Assembly: GCA_030704615.1 (NCBI GenBank)
Contig: CM060731.1
Location: 86,242,001-86,306,000, forward strand
Length of the DNA stretch: 64,000 nt
Origin: Takakia lepidozioides
Lineage: Eukaryota > Plantae > Bryophyta
Reading direction: 5' to 3'
Positions 1 to 18,612 of this stretch are shown here, in pieces. Both the position numbers and the translations under genes were made by a program. Every line of letters starts with the position of its first letter. Position 1 is the stretch's first letter. The notes under the pieces are model-generated. The model was given only the letters and a program-made list of their open reading frames with translations. It ran no database searches and was not told the DNA's origin.

Positions 1-73
1 TCAATCGCACATAGCCTTCCTGCCGAGAGAGGCCTCACCTGGTCCTCTCTCTCCATCCGTCTCTTGTCTCACA

Positions 74-5422
<5,349 letters not shown>

Positions 5423-6785
5423 ACCACTTTCAATCGTCTGCTCAACGCCTTGGAGTACACTGGAGGAACGTGCCACATGTCGACCCCATGTAAACGTCTT
5501 AAACGTTGACAAAGAAGTGTGGAGAGCATTAGCCCGACTTCCCAACAAATCCGATTGTCTTTTGAGAGCTAGGCGGATGGAGCCACAGACACAAACAGTT
5601 CATGGCACGCCAAGATATCTCGGTCCACTTGATGTTTTCGACATTCTTGAGTACAAACAAATTTAAACTCATGGCACGCAAGACTGCCAGGAGATGGTGG
5701 AAATATGAGAAACTTCTAAGTTACAACGAAAACAAATAAAATTTCGTGACTAAACCTCATCAAATTATAGGAAAATGTGCTTCACTTCCTAGGCGATACA
5801 ATGCAGCTGACCCCTGTCATCTCTCATCTCATTTTTCACCTCACCTCAATTACACATTTGCAGTTTACATTGTGAGCCCTCTCCACTGTCCAGTAATGAC
5901 AAAAAGCACCATCAAACAATCATGCCCTCAGATAGGCACTTTTTTTAAAACATCATTGTGTCTCTATACTTGACTGCATCCTCTGTCAAGATGGGGCTAA
6001 CTTGACACTACAAAAATAGTGACAACTAAATTTGAGTACTGGTGCTGAGGGCACTGGCGCTGAGGGCACTGGCAAACAACTTTTCCTAGATTCTATTTTT
6101 ATAACAGGGAAACATCCAGAAGCAGTGACAGCTCACAAATCAGGCTCCTTAACAGTGAGAGGAGAAAATAACCAGTGTTGGGCAGTTCTTAGATTTATGG
6201 TTTGTAAGGGGCAGCTCTTTGAAAGTGGGGGTCTGCTGGAGCTCCACCAATGCTGGGGTTTGGAAACTCCCATTTTATTTACCTTTCCAGTTCCAATAAG
6301 TTTCAAATTCTTCAGCTTGGACGGTTGTAGGTTCTTGTTGGTTTGAGCATCTCTGCATTACAAAAGATAGGTAAACATACAAGCCAAGCAAAACATGCAG
6401 TGAGGTCAAAAAACGATTATTGTTTAAAGGGCTCAAGCAGAGCGTGCCTGAGAGCAGCCAATGGCGAGCTCGCGATGGGGTGGGATTCGGGGTTTTCTTT
6501 TGGTAGTAAGTGTGCAGGTGGTTGTAATAATTTGGGGTCTGCTAAAGATGGTCCGCTAACGCTGGTCATTGGGTCCGAAGTCCAGTAACTGCACAGATGG
6601 GCCCCACTTCACTTCACCTTGGATAAATATTAACAGCGGGAGTAGGAAAAAAAAAATTCGTCTAAGTGAACACTTTTTTTTTATTTTTTATTTTTTAAGA
6701 GAACAGGGGAGTGGCCCTGGATACTTGAATGATTATTGAAGGGAAACACTTCAAGAGTTAGGGAGGGATAAATTAAGCACATTAA

Positions 6786-7589
6786 CCCCAAAAGGACGAG
6801 CTAACTTTTGGGAGTTTTCCCAAAAAGTGGGCCATACCCTCCATTGCTGAGCTGTAACTTCCTACCCCCTTACATCCAGCTGGATGAACCGTTCCATTTC
6901 ATCCCTACCTACTACATAAAGGTCCTCAGAAAATTGTAGCACTTTTGACCGTTCCATTTAGTAGATTATAACAAAAGAAAATTGAACAAGTTGAAACCAT
7001 GAACAAAAAAAGAGAGGAAAAATTGCCTTGACCATGCAAGTTTGGTGATTTTACATTTTTTCTTGAAGAAATGGCCTCCAGAATCCGGATAAGGGGCAAC
7101 CAACAGGTCATCTCCCATAATCTCAGACCAAAATGCCAAAAATATGGGGGGGCTGCTTTGTATGTGAAATCTGGGGGGTAAAAAATCTTGTTTTGGCTTC
7201 TTTCCCAAGTACACCCATGAGGTGACATTTGTTTTCCAATTCCGCTGGTAAGTAAGTGCACAGTAACATTTCATGGTGGCTTGTCCAAATTTTTTGGCAT
7301 TATGATAAATTTTCAGCCCTAGATGTTATCTTGAAGATTGCCCATTTGGCTGCCACGTAGGCAGGTCACTAGTGCTCTAATACTGGATTTCATGAAACCC
7401 TGGCATTTTGCAAAATTCTAGGGAGCAGAGCTTTTATGATTTTTTGGCGCTGTAAATTCTCACGTGTGCTCCTCTCTGACATGTACAATTCATCTTCAAT
7501 GTTCACTTCCATCCAATATCATCCATGGGAATTGGAGCGTGGCAAGTAATCTGACGCGACCCGAATCGGGTCACGTCGTCCTTTAGGGG
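6786..7589. mobile_element. Non-autonomous piggyBac-like element (TTAA TSD, CCC...GGG termini)
   Basis: TTAA at 6782-6785 and 7590-7593; TIRs CCCCAAAAGGACGA vs CCCCTAAAGGACGA (rc); subterminal palindrome GACGCGACCCGA-A-TCGGGTCACGTC at 7553-7577; no transposase ORF. Confidence 0.72.
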
Positions 7590-8418
7590 TTAACATTTAC
7601 AAGATGTAATATTTTTTTAAATTTAAAATTATAAAATTAACACTTATGAAATAAAGTGTATGGAATCATAAAATGATAGAGTGGAAATATGAATCGATTG
7701 TGGTCTGACGAGCTTCTCTAAGCTGCATTTCATCAAGTTCTCTCTATCTGTGCATCTCATGGTTGAAATGATTTTCACAACGTCATAAGTCAAAAAATAA
7801 AATAATCAACCTCCATGATCTCAAACAAGGGCCAACCTCCTTCTCAAGTCTACGGACGCTGAACATACTCCTATTGTATAGTATTAGCTTATGATCACGT
7901 TAGTATTATCTTTTGATTACCTTATGATCCTCTGATTGGTTATGTTTTGGGATGTAATCTTATCTCAAGCTGTATAGTTGGAGCATATCTCATGTTATTA
8001 GGTGAAGCCTTTAACATATTTCTTACGGGCAAATTAATGACGAGGGGAGTAACATTTGTTAACAAATAACACTTCTACTGTACACAAGTAGGGGAGTAGA
8101 GTTTTCTTGACAGTTATGGTAGTTGAACATTTTATAGAGGTAACATTTATCAGTGTGGATTGTATGCCCAAGTTCTCAATCGGGGTGCCCTCTCAAGGTT
8201 CCTAAGGGCAGCGGGTCCGAGCCCTCCATGGATCATGTGATTCCAAAGGCTTGGAACGCGGCTTTTCCAGGAAATTAAGAACCACCCAACACTGAAAATA
8301 ACCTCTTTCAAAGTATCCTCAACATTAGTCTCCAAGCACAAGGCTCAAGGGACGCTCAATGCAGGTGTCCCAAGGGGAAGGGGGAGAAGAAGGAGAAGAT
8401 CATATCCCACCCAACAAG

Positions 8419-8476
8419 GCAGCAGGATTTGAACCCAGGTGCCACTCAGTGCTCTATTCAACTGAGCTATTGACTG
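8419..8476 (-). other. tRNA-derived head (Pol III A/B boxes) of a probable SINE; body may extend to ~8140
   Basis: Minus strand reads GTCAATAGCTCAGTTGAATAGAGCA...CTGGGTTCAAATCCTG; the segment between D and T arms is too short for an anticodon arm, so not a functional tRNA. Confidence 0.55.
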
Positions 8477-8599
8477 GTGGTTTTTTAGACGGCAATACCT
8501 TATAAAATGTACTTCCAATTTCTAGACTGTCATAAAACTTTGGGGATGATTATTTTAGTGACGGCTGAAAGTCGGAAGTTAGTTTTAGTGTAGAGCAGG

Positions 8600-8980
8600 A
8601 AAAAACTCAACTACCAACACACCCCTCTCTTCCTAGACTACTTAACGAGACCGGAGTCAGCTCTAATACTATTACTATGCATCCAACACTCCCCATCTTT
8701 TGCCTTTTATTCACCCAACTCAACTATCTCTTAATCCACATTCATAATATGGGTTAACCCCAACAAAGCCTAGAAAGGGGCACTGTTGCGCCCCTCCTTA
8801 AACCCTCTCCCCCGGATACCTCCTCCATTGTACTCCAACAACATACCACTGAACGATATCCCCCCACCCACTCACACTATATAGACGGCTCCCAAACGGG
8901 CTCCAAAGCAGGTTATGGGATATTTCATGCTGCTACCAACCAAGGCACATCACATAAACTACCTGCCCCCCCATCATACT
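8600..8980 (+). pseudogene. Non-LTR retrotransposon ORF2 fragment, RNase H N-terminus
   Basis: 8878-8928 translates YIDGSQTGSKAGYGIFH (RNase H YxDGS...GxG motif); C/A-rich strand bias like the LINE at 19.4-21.8 kb. Confidence 0.6.
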
Positions 8981-9189
8981 TCTGTTGAGTATGTTGAGGA
9001 TTTAGGCAATGTTGAAGAGAGTAATATCTAGAGGCTTCTAGTTAGGACTAGACCTAGTTAGTTGAGTAGAAGCATCTCAAGAAGCTTCCCCAACAAGGGT
9101 TGCTCGTGGTCAAAGCATGGCGGCATGGCGGCTAGGGCTTTGACTTCGGGTTTGAGCAATGGTTTGACCACTAAATTCAAATGTCGAGT

Positions 9190-9580
9190 TGAAATTTCTG
9201 CCCTCCATAATCTGATTTTATGGCACCCAAGGGACTCTCTCCCCCAAAAAGCAGACCAAAATTCCAAAAACTGAGATAGGCTGCTTTGTATGTGAAATCT
9301 GGGGGGTAAATTGTCATGGTTTGGCTTCTTACCCAAGTACACCCATGAGGTGATATTTGTTTTCTAATTCCTTTGGTAAGTAAGTGCACGCTAACATTAC
9401 ATAGTGCCTTGTCCAAAAAAATTGGCGTTTTGATCAATTTTGAGCCCTAGATGTTGTTTTCAAGATTGCTCATTTGGCTTGCCACGTGGGCAGGTCAACA
9501 CTGAATTTCTAGATCCCTGGCACTTTGAGAAATTATAGGGAGGAAAGCTTTTATTATTTTAAGGCACCTTAAATTCCCGG
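9190..9580 (+). repeat. Diverged internal copy of the 6786-7589 element, lacking its termini
   Basis: Shares GGCTGCTTTGTATGTGAAATCTGGGGGGTAAA, CCCAAGTACACCCATGAGGTGA, TGGTAAGTAAGTGCAC, AGCCCTAGATGTT and GCCACGT.GGCAGGTCA in the same order as ~7065-7460. Confidence 0.8.
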
Positions 9581-12500
9581 TGAGCAGCCGAAGCTCCGAG
9601 TTGGCCCGGCCGCCAGTTTGGGAGTTAGGCGCGCGCATCAAAGCAAGTAACTATGACTTAAAAAGGGGAGTTACCAAAGTGAGGTGCGCGACATTCAATG
9701 TGTCAACGAGAGCTTCCTTGATGCTCTTGCTGCCAGGGCGAGGAAGGTGGCACACACCAAGTCTCTAGAGGAGCTGAAAGAGAAAGCCAAGAGGAGGGAT
9801 GCCGCTGAAGAGCCTAAAGACACCCCTGGTTTCAAAGCCATGACGAACTTCTTCACATCTTGCAGCACGGATTGTACGAGCACTCGGGGGGGAGTTCAGG
9901 TGGAGAGAGCCTGCGATATGATTCTCCTGGAGATTCCAAATGGGGAGCTGGTGGAGGGCCGGATTGGAGAGGCAGCACAAAACCAAGAGGCAGAAAAGAG
10001 GAGAATCCATGATGGTGGTACCCCAGGTGGCTCCGCTTGTAGTAAGGCAACATGTGATGGATGATATTTCCACAACACCTGCACAAGATGAGGTGCAGCA
10101 ATAGCACAAAGAGTTGTCATTATAGGGAGTACGAGCAGTGGAGCGGGAGGAAGAAGTCACCTCGGCACCCCAACCAACACAGCAAGCTGACCAAGTTACC
10201 CCACAGGTAACTCAATTTGGTCTTGCTACTACACCCAAGCCCCTTTCTTCAGAAAGCTCGATGGATTGGACATTCTCACTACGGAGCAAATAGTGGTAGA
10301 GATTGAGAAGGGATCATGCCGCTCATGAAATAGCAATCCCCGATGCATTTGTTCTCTTGCAGGGGCTTCCTTCCATGAATGCAAGTATGCAGGAAGACAT
10401 TCTTTTGGGATGGAGGGAGACGAACAGCTTCTCTCTCGGGTTATCGCTCCACTGTCTGAAGGGTCCTCGCATGCGACCCAGACTGAGAAGATTGTGCTTG
10501 AGGCTGATCTAGCAAAGCCGGGTGCTCTGGATGTGGATTCCGATTTCTCATGTGAGTAAGTGCCGGATGTTATGTTGTGTTATTTCATTCACACATCCTC
10601 GTACTATGCTCTTCCTTACATTCTGATCTGCCTTTTCACTAATGTCAGGGAATGTCTGGTCTTCCGCAGGAGCTCCCGGAAATGGAGATTGGCATCCAAA
10701 TTGTATGGAGACTTCCCTCAGTGCCAAAGTCCCCCCCTCCTCTTACGAATTGCCTCTGTACGTAGAGAGTCTGGCACGACATTTTGCTGAACATCCACCA
10801 CCGAGCCCTCCATCGAGAGCCCCCGCGCGTAGACGTTGTCTTGTAAGGGCTAGAGTGTATGTAGACGATGTTGCCTCTGTTTCTAGTGCCAATGACAGTA
10901 GCTCCTAAACTTTTTGAACATGAAGATTGCTTGTAAACAAGGGACACCGTTTCTAGATTTTATTTTGGTTTTATTACATATGTTCATATTTTCACATCAC
11001 ATTTCCACTGCTATTTACATTTCCGTTGAATGCAAAGTTCCGAGTCAGTCCTACTGGGATTACTGCTCAAGTCCATGGTATGGCCATGAACCTTCTTTGA
11101 AGCCTACGAGATCTCACTCCAACAATATTTTCACTTCATCTTCACCATGTAACTCCAGTTTCCATCACCGAAATGAAATCCTTTGTCGACCTTCCCAGTG
11201 TCACCTTACTATTTTCAACCTGTTCATCAATGGGTGCTTGATCCGCAATGCATCCATTGGGGAATGCTAGCATATTGGGTGCAATGCTCATGAGCCTGTT
11301 AAGAAAAATCCATTGAGGAAGGCGAGTAATACTACATACGTGGAAGTGAGGCCCATGGTGCTTATTGTCTCCAGAAAACATTGGCTGCTCTTACAAATAC
11401 AACCCATTCTGTTATATGCAACTCATCCAGCTCAGCTGGAATCACAACCAACGTGCCAATCCAGTTGGGTATAGTTTGTTGCCAATGCTAGCTCTACAAA
11501 ATATGGGGATCATTCCAGCACAGATCAACGTGGACAGGGAAGTGGAAGATAAGGAAAGAAAATAGAAGGGAGCATAACAAGGTACATCAGCTGCAGCCTT
11601 TGAATTATAAATTAACTGCAGAATCAGACCACACATGAGCCTATATACAAAAGAGATTATGAAATGAATTCACGGTTATTGTCATGGTGCTGTGTAGGTT
11701 GAAGGTTGGATGGATGATGGATGGATGGTCCATGGATGATGTCGGTGCGTTGTATGATGCACATGCGCTGGATGGTGAAGGTTGAGTGTTAGGGTTGAGG
11801 TAGCACTAGTACATATTAACGTTTTTATGACTATGGATATCACTGCATTTGCAGTGATAAGTGCTGTTATGACTACCTCACTCTGCAGTGACAAACACGA
11901 AGTCAGTTCTACCATGACTACGGAGTGATAAGTGCGAAGTCATGGTCGTCACTGAGGACGTGGCATGGGATAGTGATGCAGGGTTTGGTGATGTAGTCAT
12001 AACAATTATGACTACACGACTGAAAGTTATGACTGAGGTTACGACTACATCACTACAACATTGCGCCTACATGGAGAGGCCTCTACGTGACACGTGGGAT
12101 CCTTGGGCATTGACATATGTAATCATCACCTGATGGTGCAGTGGAGTAGTCATATCTTTATGACTACACGACTATGGGCATGACTATATCACTACAACAC
12201 TACAGATGGCACACTACAGATGGCACGTGGTCTCGTTGGAGCAGGTGTGACTGACATGTGTTGATCATGTAGATTTTACAATTTATTACATGTTATTTAA
12301 TTTTAAATGACTAATTTAGATATTAAATTAAATTAAATTAATATGAAATTTAACTTTGTGGAGCTTTCATAAGCACAACAATTGGCAAAGAGGAAAGGCC
12401 ATCTATACCAAGACACAACCCCTATGCAGGGAAAGAGAGCATGCATTAATCTTTCAATGACCAACGAATCGACCCCCAACCCTGTTGGCAGTTGCAAAGA

Positions 12501-12768
12501 GTGGCAAAGAAAGATTCTACCACCAACCCTGTTGCATAGACTGGCAGAAGCAACAACATGATACAATATGAAAGACACAACTACAATCAAACATGTCATC
12601 CATAGAAACACCACAACAGAACCTCAGAGGACATTGCACCTTCGAACGATATTGGATGTTAATACATTAGACACTGACATGGTGTTTGAACCAGTCTGCC
12701 TATATATCTTCCCAAAATATACTTCATTCTTCAAGCACGATGTTGCTAAGCACTACCGCAACAAGAAA

Positions 12769-15605
12769 TTGACCATCTACGCAGGTTTCTTGTAGCTATC
12801 CTTCCACAGGGAATCATAGGTAATCTGGAACTTGAAATCCAACCTTCTTGGATGAATCTGGACCCACACTCTATCCCTGCTCCTTCAGCTATCCATGCTT
12901 CTACACAAATCATGCATACATCCTTGCTTTGCTGCTAGCAGCTAACAATGACAGCCTAGATTTGTTCTAGGAAACACCCAACTCAACTTATCACACTAGT
13001 TCATATGCTCAATGGCATCTGCTACTCTCTGTAGTCCAGCAGACATTCACCTTTTTGCCTCGATTGTCCCACCATTGACTGGAGTCAGAAAGTATTCATT
13101 CCACAGTTTCTCCTCGTCTCTGTTACCTGTTTCTGGACACTTTCCTGTTGTCACATTGGCAGTACCATGTCAAAGTCACTCCAAACTATCAAAGGTTCAC
13201 TCAACCAGCTAACTTGCAGAATTGAACATGAAAATTTAGAACCAATTTCTGATTAGAGGGAAAAACAAGGTGAATTGTGTTGAAGAAGGTGCCTTGATTA
13301 CCAGTGCCTGATTTTATATGGAATCATAGGTAATCTGGAGCTCGAAATCCAGCCCTCTTGGATGAATCTGGACCTACACTCTAGGGTATTTGCAGGATTG
13401 GGTGTCTCAGTTTTTGTGTAACATGGCAGTTTCTGCAGTGACCTCCCTCCATGGTTTTACCCATATTTGTCCAACAACTCAATATTTTATCTAAATTTAT
13501 ATGGTATAGGGTTTCTAACTACAATAGGTATGTGTACCAATTGTTAGATTGCAAAAACAATCATGTACCAGAGAGTCATGGACTTTTAAAGTTGATTACT
13601 GTGGAGTGCAGATGTTACATATAAAATCTTATGAACTGAAAAAACATCATGTACACTCATATACTGGTACAAAGGAAAACACACTAAGGGTGCAATTTTT
13701 AAATCCAACCCAAATCCACTTTTATATGGACTAGTTATCTTAGGAATTGAGAGCCATGGACTATTTTGCACATAAAAACAGGTTGATTTGCTCTAGTCCA
13801 TAACATCTTATGTTTTGGGTTTTTGAGGTGTTGTCTTTTACTAAAAATGCATACAAACCTATAATCTAGAGGTGTCAGGTGGTATAGGGACAAGTGGTTG
13901 TAAACTCTAGATTTTGACGTCTAAATGTTTTTTCAAATTAAAGATTAAAATATCTAGTAAAGAATGTTTTCAATATTTGAGGAGAGACTCTTTACTAAAA
14001 ATGTTATATATACTACTATCTATCTATAAAAAATAAACAGAAAGCAATAGACTCAACAAAAAAAATAAAAATCCATGGACTTTTAGTGGACTCAACATGT
14101 GCCGCTTTTGATCCACCCAATCCTGTGACTGCCCTCTATCCCTGCCCCTTCAGCTATCCATACCTTTGCACAAATCATGCATACATCATTGTCTTGCTGG
14201 TAGCAGCTGACAATGACAGCCTAGAATTGTTCAAGCAAACACCCCAACCCTACTTACCACACTAGTTCATATGCTTAATAGAATATGCTACTCTCTGTAA
14301 TCCATCAGGCATTCATTTTTTTGCCTCGATTGTCTCACCATTGATTGGGGTCAGAAAGAATTCATTCCACAGCTTATCCACGCCTTTGTTACATGTTTGT
14401 GGATACTTTCCTATTATCACATTGACAGTATCATGTCAAAGTCACTCCAAACTATCAAAGGTTCACTCAACCAGCTAACTTGCAGAATTCAACATGAGGG
14501 CCGATTCCGATGAGAGGGAAAAACAGGGTGAATTGTGTTGAAGAAGGTGCCTTGATTACCAGTGCCTGATTTTATCAATTGTGTCGCTGCTGCTGCGGCT
14601 TCCAGTTGACCATCTACCCATGCAGGTTTCTTGTAGCTATCCTTCCACATGGAATCATAGGTAATCTGGAGCTTGAAATCCAGCCCTCTTGGATGAATCT
14701 GGACCCACACTCTATCCTTGCCCCTTCAGCTATCCATGCCTCTGCACAAATCATGCATACATCATTGCCTTGCGGTTAGCAGCTGACAATGACAGCCTAG
14801 AATTGTTCCAGCAAACACCCCAACCCTACTTGTCACACTAGTTCTTATGCTGATTTGCGTCTGCTTCCAACAGATATTCACCTTTTTTCCTCGATTGTTC
14901 CACCATTGACTAGGGTCTTAAACTTATTACTTCCAGAGCTTCTCCTCAACTACCTTGCAGAGTTCAACATCAAAATTCAGGGACGACTCTGATAGCAGGA
15001 AAAACAGGGTGAAATGTGTTAAAGAAGATACCTTCATCAGCAGTGCCTTGTTCTATCAATTGTGCTGCTGCCGCTGCTGTTTCCAGTTGACCATCTATCC
15101 ACTTGTAGCTATTGATCCACAGGGAATCAGAAGTAATCTTGTGTTTGAAATCTGACCCTCTTGGATAAATCTGGACCTCTATCCCTGGTCCTTCAGCTAT
15201 ATATCCATGCCTGTGTACAAATCATAAATACATCCTCAGCCTTGCTTCTAGCAGCTGACGCTGACGGCGTGAAGTTCTTCCAGCAAACACCCAAGCCTTA
15301 CTTATAATAGTAGTTCCAATTCTATATTGCATCTGCTTCTCTCTGTAGTCCAATAGGCAGTCACCTTTTTGTCTCTTGCAGCTGATAATGACAGCTAGAT
15401 TTATTCTAGGAAGCACCCAACTCAGCTTATTACACTAGTTCCTATACTGAATTGCGTTTGCTACTCTCCTGTAACAAGCATTCACCTTTTTGCCTCGGTG
15501 TCCCAGCATTGACTTGGGTCAGAAAAGTATTCATCCACAGCTTCTCATCGTCTCTGTTACGTGTTTTTGGATACTTTCATGTTGTCACAGTGGCAGTATC
15601 ATGTC
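12769..15605. repeat. About four diverged tandem units of ~480-600 bp inside CACTA 1
   Basis: Anchor TTGACCATCTA at 12769, 14606, 15087; recurring GGATGAATCTGGACC, CTTCAGCTATCCAT, CAAATCATGCATACATC, GTCAAAGTCACTCCAAAC. The second unit is interrupted by a MITE. Confidence 0.9.
13384..14134. mobile_element. 751-bp MITE with GGG termini and 4-bp TSD TCTA (possibly Sola-like)
   Basis: TIRs GGGTATTTGCAGGATTGGGTG / GGGCAGTCACAGGATTGGGTG (rc); TCTA at 13380-13383 and 14135-14138; the empty site CACTCTATCCCTG is visible in sibling tandem units. Confidence 0.85.
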
Positions 15606-16216
15606 TCCAACCCTAAAGTTGAGCTACAGTGTGAAATAAGAAAGATGAGAGACAATTCCAATGAAGGCAAACTTGTGATTGGCTCAAGAGAAGTTTACTT
15701 TTTGATATCCAGTGGGGTCCTTTGCAGAAATCATCCTTGAAATCACAAGCATACACCACATCCTTCCTTAGTCCTCTCTCCTCACCAAAACAGAGTCCCT
15801 CCTTATCTTGACTATTTACAGCAGCAATCAGCTTGTCAGTCAGTAGTTACCCCTTCTTATCTAAGTGTGCATCCCACAAACAAATTAAGACGTTACCTTG
15901 CACTCAGGCACCCATTGATAAGTTTCCAGGGCCCTATACTCTCTGAGTCTGATAACCCAACATCAAGCAAGAGAATCCCTACTGCAACTATATGTAAAGC
16001 AGGAACAACCATCAGATTGTAAAGTATTCACCAAATGCATCCCACTACTTGGTGCATGCTGGTGCTGTACCAGACCCTAACTCTTGACAGATAGAGCCAT
16101 CATTCCCAATCCATGATACTATCCAGCAACTCCCTCTTATCTCTACCCTATAGCAAGTTCTCTGCAGATCTGATTGCCATGAAAACCCCAATGCAAAGTT
16201 GATCCCAGACTCACAA

Positions 16217-16431
16217 TGCTGGAGCCAGAATATGAAAAGCAAACTCAAGACAACACACTCTGTGACTGAGGGATTGGAGAATTGAATCCCCTCAGTCAGC
16301 AGGGGAGATGTAGAGAAAATGGAGGTGATGGAAGTGTAGATTGGTATGCTGACTGAGGGGATTCAATTCTCCAATCCCTCAGTCATAGAGTGTGTTGTCT
16401 TGAGCTTGCTTTTCATATTCTGGTTCTAGCA
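16217..16431. repeat. 85-bp inverted repeat with 45-bp loop
   Basis: Arms 16217-16301 and 16347-16431 differ at about 4 positions, all transitions; each arm contains its own TGACTGAGGG...CCCTCAGTCA hairpin. Confidence 0.92.
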
Positions 16432-18612
16432 GAATCCATACTGCAACTATATGTACAACCATCAGATTGTAAAGTATTCACCAAATGCATCCCACTACTT
16501 GGTGCATGCTGGTGCTGTACCAGACCCTAACTCTTGACAGATAGAGCCCTCATTCCCAATCCATGATACTATCCAGCAACTCCCTCTTATCTCTACCCTA
16601 CAACAAGTTCTCTGCAGATCTGATTGCCATGAAAACCCCAATGCAAATTTGATCCCAGACTCGCTTGATGTTGGGTTATCAGACTGAGAGAATGTAGGGC
16701 CCTGGAAACTTATCAATGGGTGGGAAGCAGCCCGTCATAAATTCAACAACTCGACAAGCCCTAATTTCCACGATCAGCAGCACGGATCACCACAGCGCCA
16801 GTCCTTTCCGCCCCTTCTTTCATCACCACTACTATTTACATGCCTAAACTATAATCAAAACCAGGTAGAAACATGTTACCCGCACCTGATCGTCATAAAC
16901 AGGTTGATATCGCTCAGCCGTCGTGCCCGCCAGTACTCCATCGTTGCCATAGCCCTTGGCAACACCACACACTTAGGTTATCATGCTTCCCTTTCCTTCC
17001 TTATCTCCTACTGGTTGCAGCCCGATTTACCAGGCTGCCATTGCCTTCTGCCCTCATCTCCTTCATCACTACTTCTAATCAGAGGCCTACAGCAAGATAA
17101 ACAAAAAAAACACAGAGAACTCGTTTTGTCTTGTCATAAACAAATTGCCTTGCTCGGCATATTCGCATGCCTACGAACCCTATCTTACAGGTGATCCGAT
17201 TCATCACCCACTCTGCTCCTCCTTTGAGGTCATCTTTATAATCAAGTAAGAATCATAAAGCCATGCGGCACCGCTTCCCTTCACCTATACTTGCACAACA
17301 CACCACGTGGTCTCCCCCGTAACTTGATCTTTCTGAAACAGATCATCATAAAGAAAGAGGCAGCACCACCTGCAGCTGCACACCCTACCAAGCATCGCCC
17401 CTTAACTGACTACTGCACCGCATGCCACGATATTCTCCCCGTGAGGTAATCTCCCATAAATCGATCATTACCAAGAAGATGGCGGTACCATTAACACAAA
17501 GCTGAATCTGCTCTTTGTGTCCTTGCCTACTCTCCCTGCTCATTCCATTGCCCGCAGCAGAATCCACTAAGTGTTTTCCTGCCTACGCTCTCTGCTACAC
17601 ACACTCTTGCTCGTTCTTCTGCTCATAGCACCCCGTAGGGCATTCCCCGCCATCACGCACAGATGAAGTTCATTTATCTCCTCGATGAAAAACGAGGAAG
17701 GAGTCCTCCTCATGGATGATAAATCATGGATGGATGAAAATTGCAGGTACTTAGGCTATATCCTGGTCGAGCGTTCCAACGTTCCCATGATGTTCCTAGA
17801 ACATGGATGGACTTCATTCATCCGGTGGATGAGAAATCCATTGTTTCATAGCTTACCCACTTCCATCCAGGCGAAAATCTTTTTCTCAACTCTTGAAATA
17901 ACTTGGAAAGTATGGAAGTACTCCGCCATCGTTGGGATGATAGATCAGGGAGAAAATCTGTCCATTCAATGGATGAAATAAACTCACAGGGGTAGCTCAA
18001 CTTCCTTCCCACTGGTATCAGAGCCCCTGTCTTGTAGAAATGCAGAATCTGAACAAGTAAACAACAAAAATTTCAATGTCACCCCTGCATTCACACTACA
18101 CTGTGTTCACGGCTGAAAGTGGGCAACCCTAAGCAACGTTTGATTTTTTTAACTTTTGCACTTGTGTCATTTCATTGACACAAGTGCTTCGTTAAAGATA
18201 GATGGATGAGGTCATCCAATGGATGAACCCATTTACGTATATGCCTCAAGATGCCACGTGTAGTGATGTAGTCATATAAACAGAGCCGTGAAACCTCCTG
18301 TAGTCATCTAGTCATAAGCTTCTATGACATGTCATCAATGTGTAATACTGGTGTAGTCATTTAGTCATAAGCTTATATGGCACATGTCTGACGTGTAGTA
18401 GTGTCTATGACTATATAACCCAAGCTTATATTCATGGTCAACAATGTTTGACCGCGGCTCCTAGTCATGTAGTAAAACATATGACTGCATTAGATTAAAA
18501 TATATTAAAATGCGCCCAACAATGGGTTTCATCACCTTGTAGTCACATATATAGTCATGGTTACCAAGGTTTATATCACCCGTAGTCATAAAAACGTTAA
18601 TCTGTAGTAGTG

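Larger units (their letters stand above)
11804..18612. mobile_element. Non-autonomous CACTA (EnSpm) element 1, 6.8 kb, with cargo
   Basis: Left CACTAGTACATATTAACGTTTTTATGACTA; right (rc) CACTACTACAGATTAACGTTTTTATGACTA; TSD TAG (11801-11803, 18613-18615); ATGACTAC/GTAGTCAT subterminal repeats at 11820-12260 and 18250-18600. Confidence 0.95.

Noticed and set aside
8419-8476. Functional tRNA gene
   Set aside because: Anticodon arm missing and acceptor stem poor.
18013-18024. TGGTATCAGAGC PBS motif inside CACTA 1
   Set aside because: No paired LTR or gag follows and the homologous block near 34130 lacks the exact motif; at most a relic.
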